This document shows positions 55,764-64,000 of a DNA stretch of 64,000 nt, in pieces. The translations under genes and the position numbers were made by a program. Below the pieces are notes generated by a model. That model saw nothing but the letters and a program-made list of their open reading frames with translations. It did not search any database and was not told where the DNA came from. The DNA is from a bacterium (GTDB lineage Bacteria; Patescibacteriota; Dojkabacteria; JAOAGR01; JBAXGO01): NCBI GenBank assembly GCA_037139335.1, contig JBAXGO010000002.1:851-64850 (forward strand). The letters run 5' to 3'. The stretch's first letter is position 1, and every line of letters starts with the position of its first letter.

Positions 55764-57395
55764 TTATTCCATTCCAGGAACTTCTTCTTTATGTATATTC
55801 TTGGTATTTGGTAGACTGAACGATACTGCCAAAGCCAATACAGACACGATAATTGCTACAACCTGTGCGCTTTTACCAGCATCAACAGTTGCTTGATTAC
55901 GTTCAAAAACAATGTCAGACGCAACATTTTCGGGCATATTTTTTGCCATTTGAGCTTGAAAGTATTGATATTTCGATGGATTTTTTTCTACATCTGCAGC
56001 ATATTCAGTTTTCTGCTCTGCACTTATTACACTACTATTATTAATTCCATTCATCATAGATGATGTAAATCCAGCAAGGAAAACCGCACCAATAATTGCA
56101 GAACCAAGACTGGCTCCTAACTGTCTAATTGTTGAATTCAAACCTGAAGCCTCACCTGCATATTTGATATCTACTGCTGAAAGTGTAATATTTGTAATTT
56201 GCGCTGATATAAGCCCAAATCCAATGCCAAACAATATTTGTCCAGGTGCAAACTGCAAAACATCGGAGTTAACATTAAGTCCTAAATATAATAAAAATGA
56301 ACCAATAATATTGAAGACCAATCCAATTTGAACAAGTACTCTTGGCTTAACCTTCTTACTCAATGCTCCTGATAATGGTGCAGCTATAAGTAAACTTAAC
56401 GACATAGGCAATAGAGATAGACCTGTCCCCAGAGCATCTTTACCTTTCACAGCTTGATAAAAAACAGGAATAGAAAAGATCAAACCCGCTTGTCCCAAAG
56501 CCATGATTGCAGTAGTAACAGAACCAGAAACAAACTGTTTATTTTGAAATATGTGCATTGAAATCAAAGGCTGTTGGCCATCATTTTCTCTTTTTCTTTC
56601 CCATAGTATAAATAAACCAATAATTATTAACCCAAAAATTATTGCGTAAGGTGTTATAGAAAGTCCCAATAAATCGTAACTATTGCCAAATATTTCATAC
56701 GGCATTTTGGCTTGTAACCAACCAAATGTTGATGACTCAATAATTCCATATACTAGAGTTGCCATTCCCACTGCAGATAATATTACACCTACAATATCTA
56801 GTTGTGGTTTATGATATTTATCTTTGACTTCTTTAATTAAAAAAGCTCCTGCAATCAATACTAATGTAACAATTACATTTATTCTAAATGCCCAATGCCA
56901 AGTATAATTTGTAGTTATAAGACCTCCCACAATTGGACCAAATGCTGCGGCAGCTCCTGCAATTCCACCCCAGACACCAAATGCAATTGCTCTCTCTCTG
57001 CCTTTAAAAGTAGAGACAAGCAATGAAGCTGTTGCAGGCATCATTAATGCAGCACCTGTGCCTTCAATCAAAGCCATACTTGTTATTAGCATCGTTGCAC
57101 TATTGCTTATTGAAACCATGAAAGAACCAAGTGCAAATATCACAGCACCTATTACGAACATTTTTTTCCTACCGAATAAATCTCCCAATCTACCGCCTGT
57201 TATTGTTAAAGCCGCCACTATTAATGAATATAATGTTGTTGCCCATTGTATGGTTTTGAGATCTGTATTTAGATCCTTAACAACATATGCCATAGAAACA
57301 TTAAGAATTGTACTATCTAAAATTATTATAAATAGTGCCAAACTCAACGTAACTAATACTCCCCATTTTTTTATCGGATTTACATGTACTTCCAT
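55764..57395 (-). CDS. MFS transporter, DHA2 (EmrB/QacA) drug:H+ antiporter family, 14 TM
   Basis: Motif GGRLGDLFGRKKMF and 14 hydrophobic segments are present. Confidence 0.8.
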   Translation of the reverse strand: MEVHVNPIKKWGVLVTLSLALFIIILDSTILNVSMAYVVKDLNTDLKTIQWATTLYSLIVAALTITGGRLGDLFGRKKMFVIGAVIFALGSFMVSISNSATMLITSMALIEGTGAALMMPATASLLVSTFKGRERAIAFGVWGGIAGAAAAFGPIVGGLITTNYTWHWAFRINVIVTLVLIAGAFLIKEVKDKYHKPQLDIVGVILSAVGMATLVYGIIESSTFGWLQAKMPYEIFGNSYDLLGLSITPYAIIFGLIIIGLFILWERKRENDGQQPLISMHIFQNKQFVSGSVTTAIMALGQAGLIFSIPVFYQAVKGKDALGTGLSLLPMSLSLLIAAPLSGALSKKVKPRVLVQIGLVFNIIGSFLLYLGLNVNSDVLQFAPGQILFGIGFGLISAQITNITLSAVDIKYAGEASGLNSTIRQLGASLGSAIIGAVFLAGFTSSMMNGINNSSVISAEQKTEYAADVEKNPSKYQYFQAQMAKNMPENVASDIVFERNQATVDAGKSAQVVAIIVSVLALAVSFSLPNTKNIHKEEVPGME

Positions 57396-57424
57396 AATTA
57401 TATTTCTTAAATATTTATTACAAA

Positions 57425-57850
57425 TTAAACTAACTTCTCAAATATCTTCAGCATTATTTCAATTTCATGATCTGAAATATTTATCATTTTTTTTGACACT
57501 AACTCAACATATTCTTTTTTAATTTCATTATTTTTTTTCTTTCCACTAACTGTTAGCTTTAGGAAAATAATTCTCCTATCCTGACTATTTTGTTCACGAA
57601 TGATATAACCTTCTATTACTAACGGATCTATTATTTGTGTTATTGCAGATAATGTATGTCCTGAATGTTTGGCTATCATTGAGGTCGTTACTTCTTCTCC
57701 AGAGTCTAATACAGAAAGAATTTTCATCTGTGCAGAAGTTATGTTATGTTTTTCTAAAAAAGAAACATTTCTGCGCCATACACAATTACTCATTTCAGTC
57801 ATTTGACGGAAAAGTTTATCTATATTTTTTCTTCTTTGAGATCTAGACAT
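57425..57850 (-). CDS. MarR-family transcriptional regulator
   Basis: wHTH region ITSAQMKILSVL...TTSMIAKHSGHTLSAITQIIDPLVIEGYIIR. Confidence 0.75.
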   Translation of the reverse strand: MSRSQRRKNIDKLFRQMTEMSNCVWRRNVSFLEKHNITSAQMKILSVLDSGEEVTTSMIAKHSGHTLSAITQIIDPLVIEGYIIREQNSQDRRIIFLKLTVSGKKKNNEIKKEYVELVSKKMINISDHEIEIMLKIFEKLV

Positions 57851-58096
57851 TTATTAAGTTACTTAACCATTTAGAACATTAATTATCTTTTAAAACACTT
57901 TTTATGTCAAGTTTTAGACTTAATTGTATGGTTATTGTCCGATTAAACATACAAACTTCATATAAAACTCCCGATTACGAATGAAAACATGATTTATAAA
58001 ACATAGCGAAATCAAATTATTGTAAAATAATATGATATAAAATATCATGACACGGTACGAGACTAGTTTGAAACATTTTATAATTACACCTTATCA

Positions 58097-59671
58097 ATGA
58101 GAGAAATAAAGCTTGATGAATATAAACCCACTATAGATCGAAAAAAGAAGTCTAAAGAAGTACCTTCATTCAAAAGAAATATTACACCCGATTTCAAAAG
58201 TATTTCTGGAAATGAGATAAATAAGATAAAGAAGAAAAAAGGTAAGAAGAAATGGATTTTTTTACTTATATTTATAATTATGATTGGTGGAATATATTTA
58301 TATTTTTCTGGAACGATCGGTGCTTTGACGAAATCATTTGATTTAAATCCAATACCAGCATTGGTAAATACATTAACAGGAAAAAAGAATGAACTTAATT
58401 CTACAGATGGCAGAACCAATATTTTAATATTAGGAGTAGATAATAGGGCTAATACACTAACAAATGACTTAAAGCAAGTAGGAAATACTGACAGCATAAT
58501 GGTTATTTCATATGATTCGAAGAATGATAATGTTGAATTTATTTCAATTCCTAGAGATATTGGATTAAATTTCACATTTCCCGATGGGACAAAAACTGAT
58601 TTTGAAAAAATAAATGCCGCAGTAAACATAGGGGCTAATAAGAATTATCCTGGTGGTGGTGCTCAATTATTACGCGATACTATAAATAAAATGACAGGAT
58701 TACAAATTCATTATACTGCCATTATTAATTTCGATGCATTCAGACAGGTTATTGATAGCGTGGGCGGTATTGATATAGAAGTAGAAAATTCATTTTGTGA
58801 TGCTGGTTATCCTATAGAAGGTGATAAAGGTGTTGAGACTATAAAATTTTATAAAGGTCTTCAACACATGGACGGAGGCACAGCTTTGAAATTTGCGAGA
58901 TCTAGAGTGCATAATGTATGTTATAGTATGACAAGTGGTGATCCGATATTTGAAGGTACAGACTTCAGAAGAGCATATAGACAACAACAAGTTATTAAAG
59001 CTATTCAAGAAAAAGTTATAAATGAAGGGCTTGATGTAAATAAAATTCAAAACATAATTCAGGCTGTTGGAAATAACATGTTAACTCAAATTGGTGATGG
59101 TGAATTATCTAGTTCAAATAAAGTTAATTTGGAGACATTACTTGCTGCTTATGATTTAAAAAATAAGGTTAGTAAAGATAAACAATATAGTTTAGTAACA
59201 AGTTTCACAGCTTGCGGTGGAAATGCTATGAAAGAATATAACGAAAGTGATGGATATTATATTTTACCAATGAAAAATAATGATTTTACACTTTTGCAAA
59301 ATTGTATAAATTTTTATTTGAATAATCCGAAAGTGATAACAGAAAATGCGAAAATAAATATTTATAATACCGGGAGGGGGTATACGAAAACGTCCTCTTT
59401 TTCTGAAGAAATAGGTGCTTCATATTGGGTAAAGACTACTTTTTCTGGGACCATTTTCGTAAAAGAAATAACTGATCCTAATTCAAAAGATATTGGAACC
59501 GGAAATTATATAGTAGATTTAACAGGAAATAAGACAGCAACTGTTGAATTTCTAAAAGAAAAAATAAACGCACAGGTATTAAATAAAGAAGATTTACCAA
59601 GCAATATTGAACCACCTTATGGCAGTGATATTCTGATATTAGCTGGAGCGGAGAAAACTTCAGTGAATTAA
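58097..59671 (+). CDS. LytR-CpsA-Psr (LCP) family protein with C-terminal extension
   Basis: N-terminal TM. The LCP core reads TNILILGVDNR...DSIMVISYD...ISIPRDI. Confidence 0.8.
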   Translation: MREIKLDEYKPTIDRKKKSKEVPSFKRNITPDFKSISGNEINKIKKKKGKKKWIFLLIFIIMIGGIYLYFSGTIGALTKSFDLNPIPALVNTLTGKKNELNSTDGRTNILILGVDNRANTLTNDLKQVGNTDSIMVISYDSKNDNVEFISIPRDIGLNFTFPDGTKTDFEKINAAVNIGANKNYPGGGAQLLRDTINKMTGLQIHYTAIINFDAFRQVIDSVGGIDIEVENSFCDAGYPIEGDKGVETIKFYKGLQHMDGGTALKFARSRVHNVCYSMTSGDPIFEGTDFRRAYRQQQVIKAIQEKVINEGLDVNKIQNIIQAVGNNMLTQIGDGELSSSNKVNLETLLAAYDLKNKVSKDKQYSLVTSFTACGGNAMKEYNESDGYYILPMKNNDFTLLQNCINFYLNNPKVITENAKINIYNTGRGYTKTSSFSEEIGASYWVKTTFSGTIFVKEITDPNSKDIGTGNYIVDLTGNKTATVEFLKEKINAQVLNKEDLPSNIEPPYGSDILILAGAEKTSVN

Positions 59672-59845
59672 GAATTTGACTTAGTATAGAGATAAGGTTT
59701 GAAACATCATCATGTATAACTTGTGTAAGCTACAATGTTTTATTTATATAGAATGAGTTTATTGATAATTTGAAATTTTGGAAATCTAAAAAATCTTATT
59801 AATGCTTTTTCCTATATTCGTTTTTTAGTGCTCGATATCTACTAC

Positions 59846-60028
59846 TCATTTTTTCTTTATTTTTTTTACGACATTCTTAATATCGTCTTTGTTTATTCGA
59901 TCTTTTTTCGCATCATATACATTATCGAACATTAATTCATCAGGTCTATTTTTGTAACTTGTATATGTACCTCCTACAGATCCGAATCTTATTATTCCTA
60001 ATTTTCTTAGTATGTCTATTATTTTCAT
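59846..60028 (-). CDS. Small hypothetical protein
   Basis: 60 aa, Lys-rich C-terminus. Confidence 0.25.
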   Translation of the reverse strand: MKIIDILRKLGIIRFGSVGGTYTSYKNRPDELMFDNVYDAKKDRINKDDIKNVVKKIKKK

Positions 60029-61071
60029 ATTTTTACATCAATGTTTTTTAAAATATTTTCAAAATCAGAATTTAATTCTGGATTTGCTTTTTGCTGTTCT
60101 TGTTCTATCATTCCGATATTAGTTATTAATAATGACTTAGTACCTTTGAAATATACTTCAGCAAAATTTTTATTTGGATATCCATCTTGGGCATATTGTA
60201 TTTTTTTACCAGTCATATTAAATCTAGTAACATTCTTGATCGCGTCTGTTGACTTAATTCCATTCTTGCCATCTTTAAAGAATTTAGTAGTCCACGAACT
60301 AATATCTGAAGATTCAATATTATCGCAAATATAAAAACTTACAGCAGGCTGTCCGCTATATTCATTCATTTTTACATTATATGCTGTTATTTTTCCCAAA
60401 CAGGATAAACTATCCGCTCTAATATTATTGTTAATTTTTGCAGCAACATATTTGCCGAAACCTTTGAACGTAATATTTTCATCATCATATAATTCTGAGT
60501 ATTCTTTCACTACTAATTTCATTGACGAAATTATTTTTTCTATATCGCCCTTATTTTTTATTATTTCATCTTCTGTTGAGAAACAAATAATGCTGACTCC
60601 ACCGTTAATTTCTTGCTTGCTATCCAAATCCATCGTTGTATAATAAAATTTCGCATTTCCTTGCACATCAGCAGAATAATTATCTATCTTCTTATCAAGT
60701 AAAGTAGCATTTAAATCTATTTTTGATTTAGCATCAGCAGAGGGCAAAGAGGTCTTACTGAAACCAAATGAATCGGTTATAGTAATATTCAAATTTCCCT
60801 TTGATAATTTATAAATAGTTTTGTTTCCAATCTCTTTAACCAAATACCAGCCACCAGGAAGAACAAATTGATATGTATCATTAAAAACATATTCTTTATC
60901 TGTTTGAGAAACTGTCTGTGATGGATTAAATGTTGTATTTGCATCACTAGACTTATTACCGCTTAATAAAAAACCTATTAAAAAAGCAGCAGCAGGTATA
61001 GTAATAAGTAGTATGAGAGCTATAATTTTCGATACTGGTGTTACAGTAACAGCCCATTTTGGAAGTTTCAT
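60025..61071 (-). CDS. Membrane-anchored hypothetical extracytoplasmic protein
   Basis: 348 aa with N-terminal TM. Confidence 0.45.
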   Translation of the reverse strand: MKLPKWAVTVTPVSKIIALILLITIPAAAFLIGFLLSGNKSSDANTTFNPSQTVSQTDKEYVFNDTYQFVLPGGWYLVKEIGNKTIYKLSKGNLNITITDSFGFSKTSLPSADAKSKIDLNATLLDKKIDNYSADVQGNAKFYYTTMDLDSKQEINGGVSIICFSTEDEIIKNKGDIEKIISSMKLVVKEYSELYDDENITFKGFGKYVAAKINNNIRADSLSCLGKITAYNVKMNEYSGQPAVSFYICDNIESSDISSWTTKFFKDGKNGIKSTDAIKNVTRFNMTGKKIQYAQDGYPNKNFAEVYFKGTKSLLITNIGMIEQEQQKANPELNSDFENILKNIDVKI

Positions 61072-61243
61072 AATAAAAAAGTATAAATTTGGTAAATAAT
61101 AATGTTTTTTTTATAAAAAAGGAAGAAGACCTCTTTACAAATTAAATATATTTTTGTAATATTTATTGTAACATTTTTTTATACAATTTTTCGCTAGATT
61201 CGTTTTCACCGCACCCGCGGTCTTATTCTATTAATCTATTAAT

Positions 61244-61477
61244 ATGGGAAACAAACCTTCAAGCAAAGAAGAAGCTCATTCTGTTTTTAATCAATTTCAA
61301 GCATTAGAAGCTGGAAAACCACTTGTAGTTAATGGTGAAGTTGTACGACCATCGCTTAGTCAAATTTTAGCTGATTCCAAAACGCCTGAAGAAGCATACG
61401 AAAGAGCTAAACTTTTAGGTTTTACACAAGAAATGATAGCTAAAATAGCCAGTGGAGTTAGTAGACTAGTTTTATAA
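61244..61477 (+). CDS. Small hypothetical protein
   Basis: 77 aa. Confidence 0.3.
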   Translation: MGNKPSSKEEAHSVFNQFQALEAGKPLVVNGEVVRPSLSQILADSKTPEEAYERAKLLGFTQEMIAKIASGVSRLVL

Positions 61478-61657
61478 AATATCATTATTTAAATTTTATA
61501 CCTCTGAAATATCTAAGCCGAAGACTTGTATAGCTCATATCCATAAGTCCTGATTCGACTAATCGCCGAGTCATACCATGAGTTTCCTGAGAGGATAAAA
61601 ACTTTTCATTTCATCTTCATTTTAGTATTCTACAATGATTGAAATTATTTAAAAAAC

Positions 61658-62188
61658 ATGATGAAAAAAATACTTATTCCAGCAGGAGTGATCTCCTTTA
61701 TTATTACAGTTACAGTAATTATAATAGCCATTTACACAGTTCCAGCGGATAATAATCAAATTGCCAATATTCAGCCAACATCAACGCAAACACAAAAAGT
61801 TCCAACAATAACTCCTATTCCTGCGACATCCATCCCCTTAACTCAGGGTAATGGAACTACCGTCATAACTCCCACACCGACGATAATACCTTCACCAACT
61901 CCATCTGGAAAGTATAAGGACGGTACATATACTGGAACTGCGTACACTCATAGATACGGAACTGTACAAATACAGGCAGTTATTACAAATTCGAAAATAT
62001 CAGATGTAGTATTTTTGAAATTACCCAGCGGAGGAGAGTCTTCAAGCATTAGTTCTTATGTAAGCCCAATACTGAAGCAAGACACCATACAATCCCAAAG
62101 TGCAAATGTAAATGTAATTAGCGGTGCAACATTAACCAGCAATGCATTTATAAAATCATTAAGCTCAGCTCTAAGCCAAGCAATATGA
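61658..62188 (+). CDS. FMN-binding domain protein (membrane-anchored, extracytoplasmic)
   Basis: N-terminal TM, T/P-rich linker, and FMN_bind motif VISGATLTSNAFIKSL with the flavinylated Thr/Ser context. Confidence 0.6.
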   Translation: MMKKILIPAGVISFIITVTVIIIAIYTVPADNNQIANIQPTSTQTQKVPTITPIPATSIPLTQGNGTTVITPTPTIIPSPTPSGKYKDGTYTGTAYTHRYGTVQIQAVITNSKISDVVFLKLPSGGESSSISSYVSPILKQDTIQSQSANVNVISGATLTSNAFIKSLSSALSQAI

Positions 62189-62922
62189 CAAAAGAAACAA
62201 GACTGATAATGGGAATGCCCATAACTATCTGCATAGTTGATAAAGAAATTAGTAATAAAATAGTAGATGAAGTCTTTGATTATTTCATTCATATTGACGA
62301 AACATTCAGCCCGTATAAAGAAAGTAGCGAAGTATCAAAAATTAATAGAAAAGAAATTTCGGAAAAAGATTATAGCGAAGAAATGAAGGAAGTGCTTAAC
62401 CTTTCTGAATTAACGAAACAAGAAAGCCACGGATATTTCGATGTTTTTTATAATAATAAATTTAACCCAAGTGGTTTGGTCAAAGGCTGGGCAATATGGA
62501 AGGCATCAAAAATTTTGGACAAACATAATGTTAAAAATTATTTCATTGATGCAGGTGGAGACATACAAACCAAAGGATTTAATGATGAAGGGAAAAAATG
62601 GAGTGTCGGAATCAAAGATCCTTGGAAGCAGGAAAATATCGTGAAAACAGTTTACCTCAGCGGAGAAGGCATAGCCACTTCAGGCACATATATTAGAGGT
62701 GAACATATTTACGATCCAATAAATAAAAAGAATTGTACTGAAATAGCTAGTATTTCTATCATAGCTAAAAATATTTATGAAGCAGATAGAATGGCTACAT
62801 CTGCATTTGTAATGGGAGAACAGGGGATATATTTTATTGAAAATTTACCAGGCTTCGAAGGATTTCAAATCAACAATGATAAAATCGGAATAATGACAAC
62901 TGATTTCGAAAATTTCACATAA
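62185..62922 (+). CDS. apbE: ApbE-family FAD:protein FMN transferase
   Basis: ApbE-like N-terminus (MGMPITI...FSPYKESSEVSKINRK). ATGA overlap with the upstream FMN-binding gene. Confidence 0.7.
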   Translation: MTKETRLIMGMPITICIVDKEISNKIVDEVFDYFIHIDETFSPYKESSEVSKINRKEISEKDYSEEMKEVLNLSELTKQESHGYFDVFYNNKFNPSGLVKGWAIWKASKILDKHNVKNYFIDAGGDIQTKGFNDEGKKWSVGIKDPWKQENIVKTVYLSGEGIATSGTYIRGEHIYDPINKKNCTEIASISIIAKNIYEADRMATSAFVMGEQGIYFIENLPGFEGFQINNDKIGIMTTDFENFT

Positions 62923-63258
62923 TATATATCTGATATCTCATAGCATTAACAATTGAGGAAATTTATAGTACACTTTTTTGTATCATATTCTTATATAATT
63001 TTTTTATTATGGCAGGAAAAATAACACCCGAACACGTAAGACAAAAACAATTAGCAGAAATGAACCCCGATGATTTAGATTTTGCAAAAAGAGTAGCGAG
63101 AGAAGAACTTTACCAGGGTCAGAAAACAAGTTGAACAATATAAAGAAACTCAAAAGGCACAAGTTGAAGCGGCTAAAGAACGAAAAGTGAAAGAGAATAG
63201 ATAATAAGCAAGATTTTTCTGCCAATATATTCTATAATCCATTAGATTTATTAATATC

Positions 63259-63825
63259 ATGGATAAGTTGTTACGCAAAAGGTATCTATACGCATTAGTA
63301 CTTGCAGTATTATTGGTTGTATTGTTAACAATTATATTCCGTCCATCAAATTCGGCTAAGGCTGAAGTGAAGGACCCGTACAATATTACAGGCATCAAGC
63401 CATGTGAATTATTATCTCAGAAAGAAGCCAAAGAAATATTGGAAGAAGAGACTACAGTTGGAATACCTGGCGATTCCACAAATTCCATAGGAATGGTAAC
63501 GTGCAAATATTCAGTAAATGACGCGAATCTTCCCGCCCGATTCATACAACTCACAATAGTTCAGGATTCAAATATCACAGAAGAACAAAAGAAAACAGGA
63601 TTAACTTCGAAATCTATATACGATAACGCCAAAAAGCTGGCTACAAAAAGTAAATCAGGAATAGTCATTATGGATAAAGATAAATATGAAGCTTTTTATT
63701 CTGACAAAATGCTAGTGCTTTATAAAAATAATGTTAAGTTAAACATCGCAATATCTGGAAAGAACAGAGATGATGCTCAAAAATATGAGTCGAAAGCTTT
63801 GAGCTTAATAGCCCCGAGACTATAA
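63259..63825 (+). CDS. Secreted/lipoprotein-like hypothetical protein
   Basis: Signal/TM segment LYALVLAVLLVVLLTIIF followed by a soluble domain. Confidence 0.45.
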   Translation: MDKLLRKRYLYALVLAVLLVVLLTIIFRPSNSAKAEVKDPYNITGIKPCELLSQKEAKEILEEETTVGIPGDSTNSIGMVTCKYSVNDANLPARFIQLTIVQDSNITEEQKKTGLTSKSIYDNAKKLATKSKSGIVIMDKDKYEAFYSDKMLVLYKNNVKLNIAISGKNRDDAQKYESKALSLIAPRL

Positions 63826-63864
63826 ATGAAAAAATATGTTAAATTATAAATATTTATAAATCAT

Positions 63865-64000
63865 ATGAGTATAGAAAAAAAATATTCTTGGGCAATGTTA
63901 ATTACACTTGCTGTATCTTTTGTATTGGGAATGATAGTAAATTTATTTATTGAATTTCCAGAAGCAGTAGACGAAAAGCCATGGGCTTTCGCAATGAAAA
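63865..64000 (+). CDS. Partial (5-prime end) membrane protein, runs off the window
   Basis: ATG at 63865, MSIEKKYSWAMLITLAVSFVLGMIVNLF... with no stop before the window end. Confidence 0.3.
   Translation, partial: MSIEKKYSWAMLITLAVSFVLGMIVNLFIEFPEAVDEKPWAFAMK

Noticed and set aside
58084-58629. 181-aa minus-strand ORF overlapping the LCP gene start
   Set aside because: It overlaps the N-terminal 180 codons of a clearly supported LCP-family gene. Its translation is a low-complexity Phe/Ser/Ile-rich shadow.

Overview
This is a low-GC, gene-dense bacterial chromosomal segment, about 88% coding, with short intergenic spacers and frequent ATGA/TAATG start-stop overlaps. The gene content is monoderm-like: an LCP-family protein, class A PBP, CE4 deacetylase, GerMN-domain protein, T-box-like leader, ECF sigma/anti-sigma pair and many GT-C/GT2 glycosyltransferases. 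Together with the very low GC, the small proteins and weak Shine-Dalgarno signals, this fits an ultra-small CPR/Patescibacteria-like or related low-GC organism. That placement is inference only.

Clear housekeeping genes are holA-like, gatB, parA, an RRM RNA-binding protein, serS, eno, lexA-dinB, mntH, radC and PBP1A.

The accessory or unusual content, in window order:
- An operon at 972-5502 encodes a VirB4/TrbE-family ATPase with a long Q/N-rich N-terminal extension. It is co-transcribed with an orphan GrpE homolog, two tiny single-pass membrane proteins (one absent from the ORF track) and two bitopic membrane proteins. This looks like a minimal, non-canonical T4SS-like membrane ATPase system and is the most likely candidate for the new system the prompt hints at.
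- An XRE regulator sits divergent to a CYTH - BI-1 - orphan ParA - membrane protein operon (7745-11088).
- An ORF-free, GC-enriched island of about 750 bp (11610-12345) is packed with related short GC hairpins and direct repeats.
- A polyprenyl-phosphate-dependent envelope glycosylation cluster (14163-21238) carries two GT-C paralogs, a DPM1-like GT2, GtrA and a UbiA-family (DPPR-synthase-like) enzyme.
- A T-box-like leader plus a 9-bp tandem repeat lies upstream of serS.
- A three-gene exopolysaccharide module (37442-42087) holds a processive QxxRW GT2 synthase, a GT-C::GH8 fusion protein and a membrane protein, next to an HxlR regulator.
- A stand-alone single-module UvrA-like ABC ATPase lies divergent to a MerR/GyrI-like regulator.
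- A MarR - DHA2 MFS efflux pair and an FMN-binding protein plus ApbE flavin-transferase pair are also present.

No rRNA, tRNA, CRISPR array, integrase or transposase was recognised.
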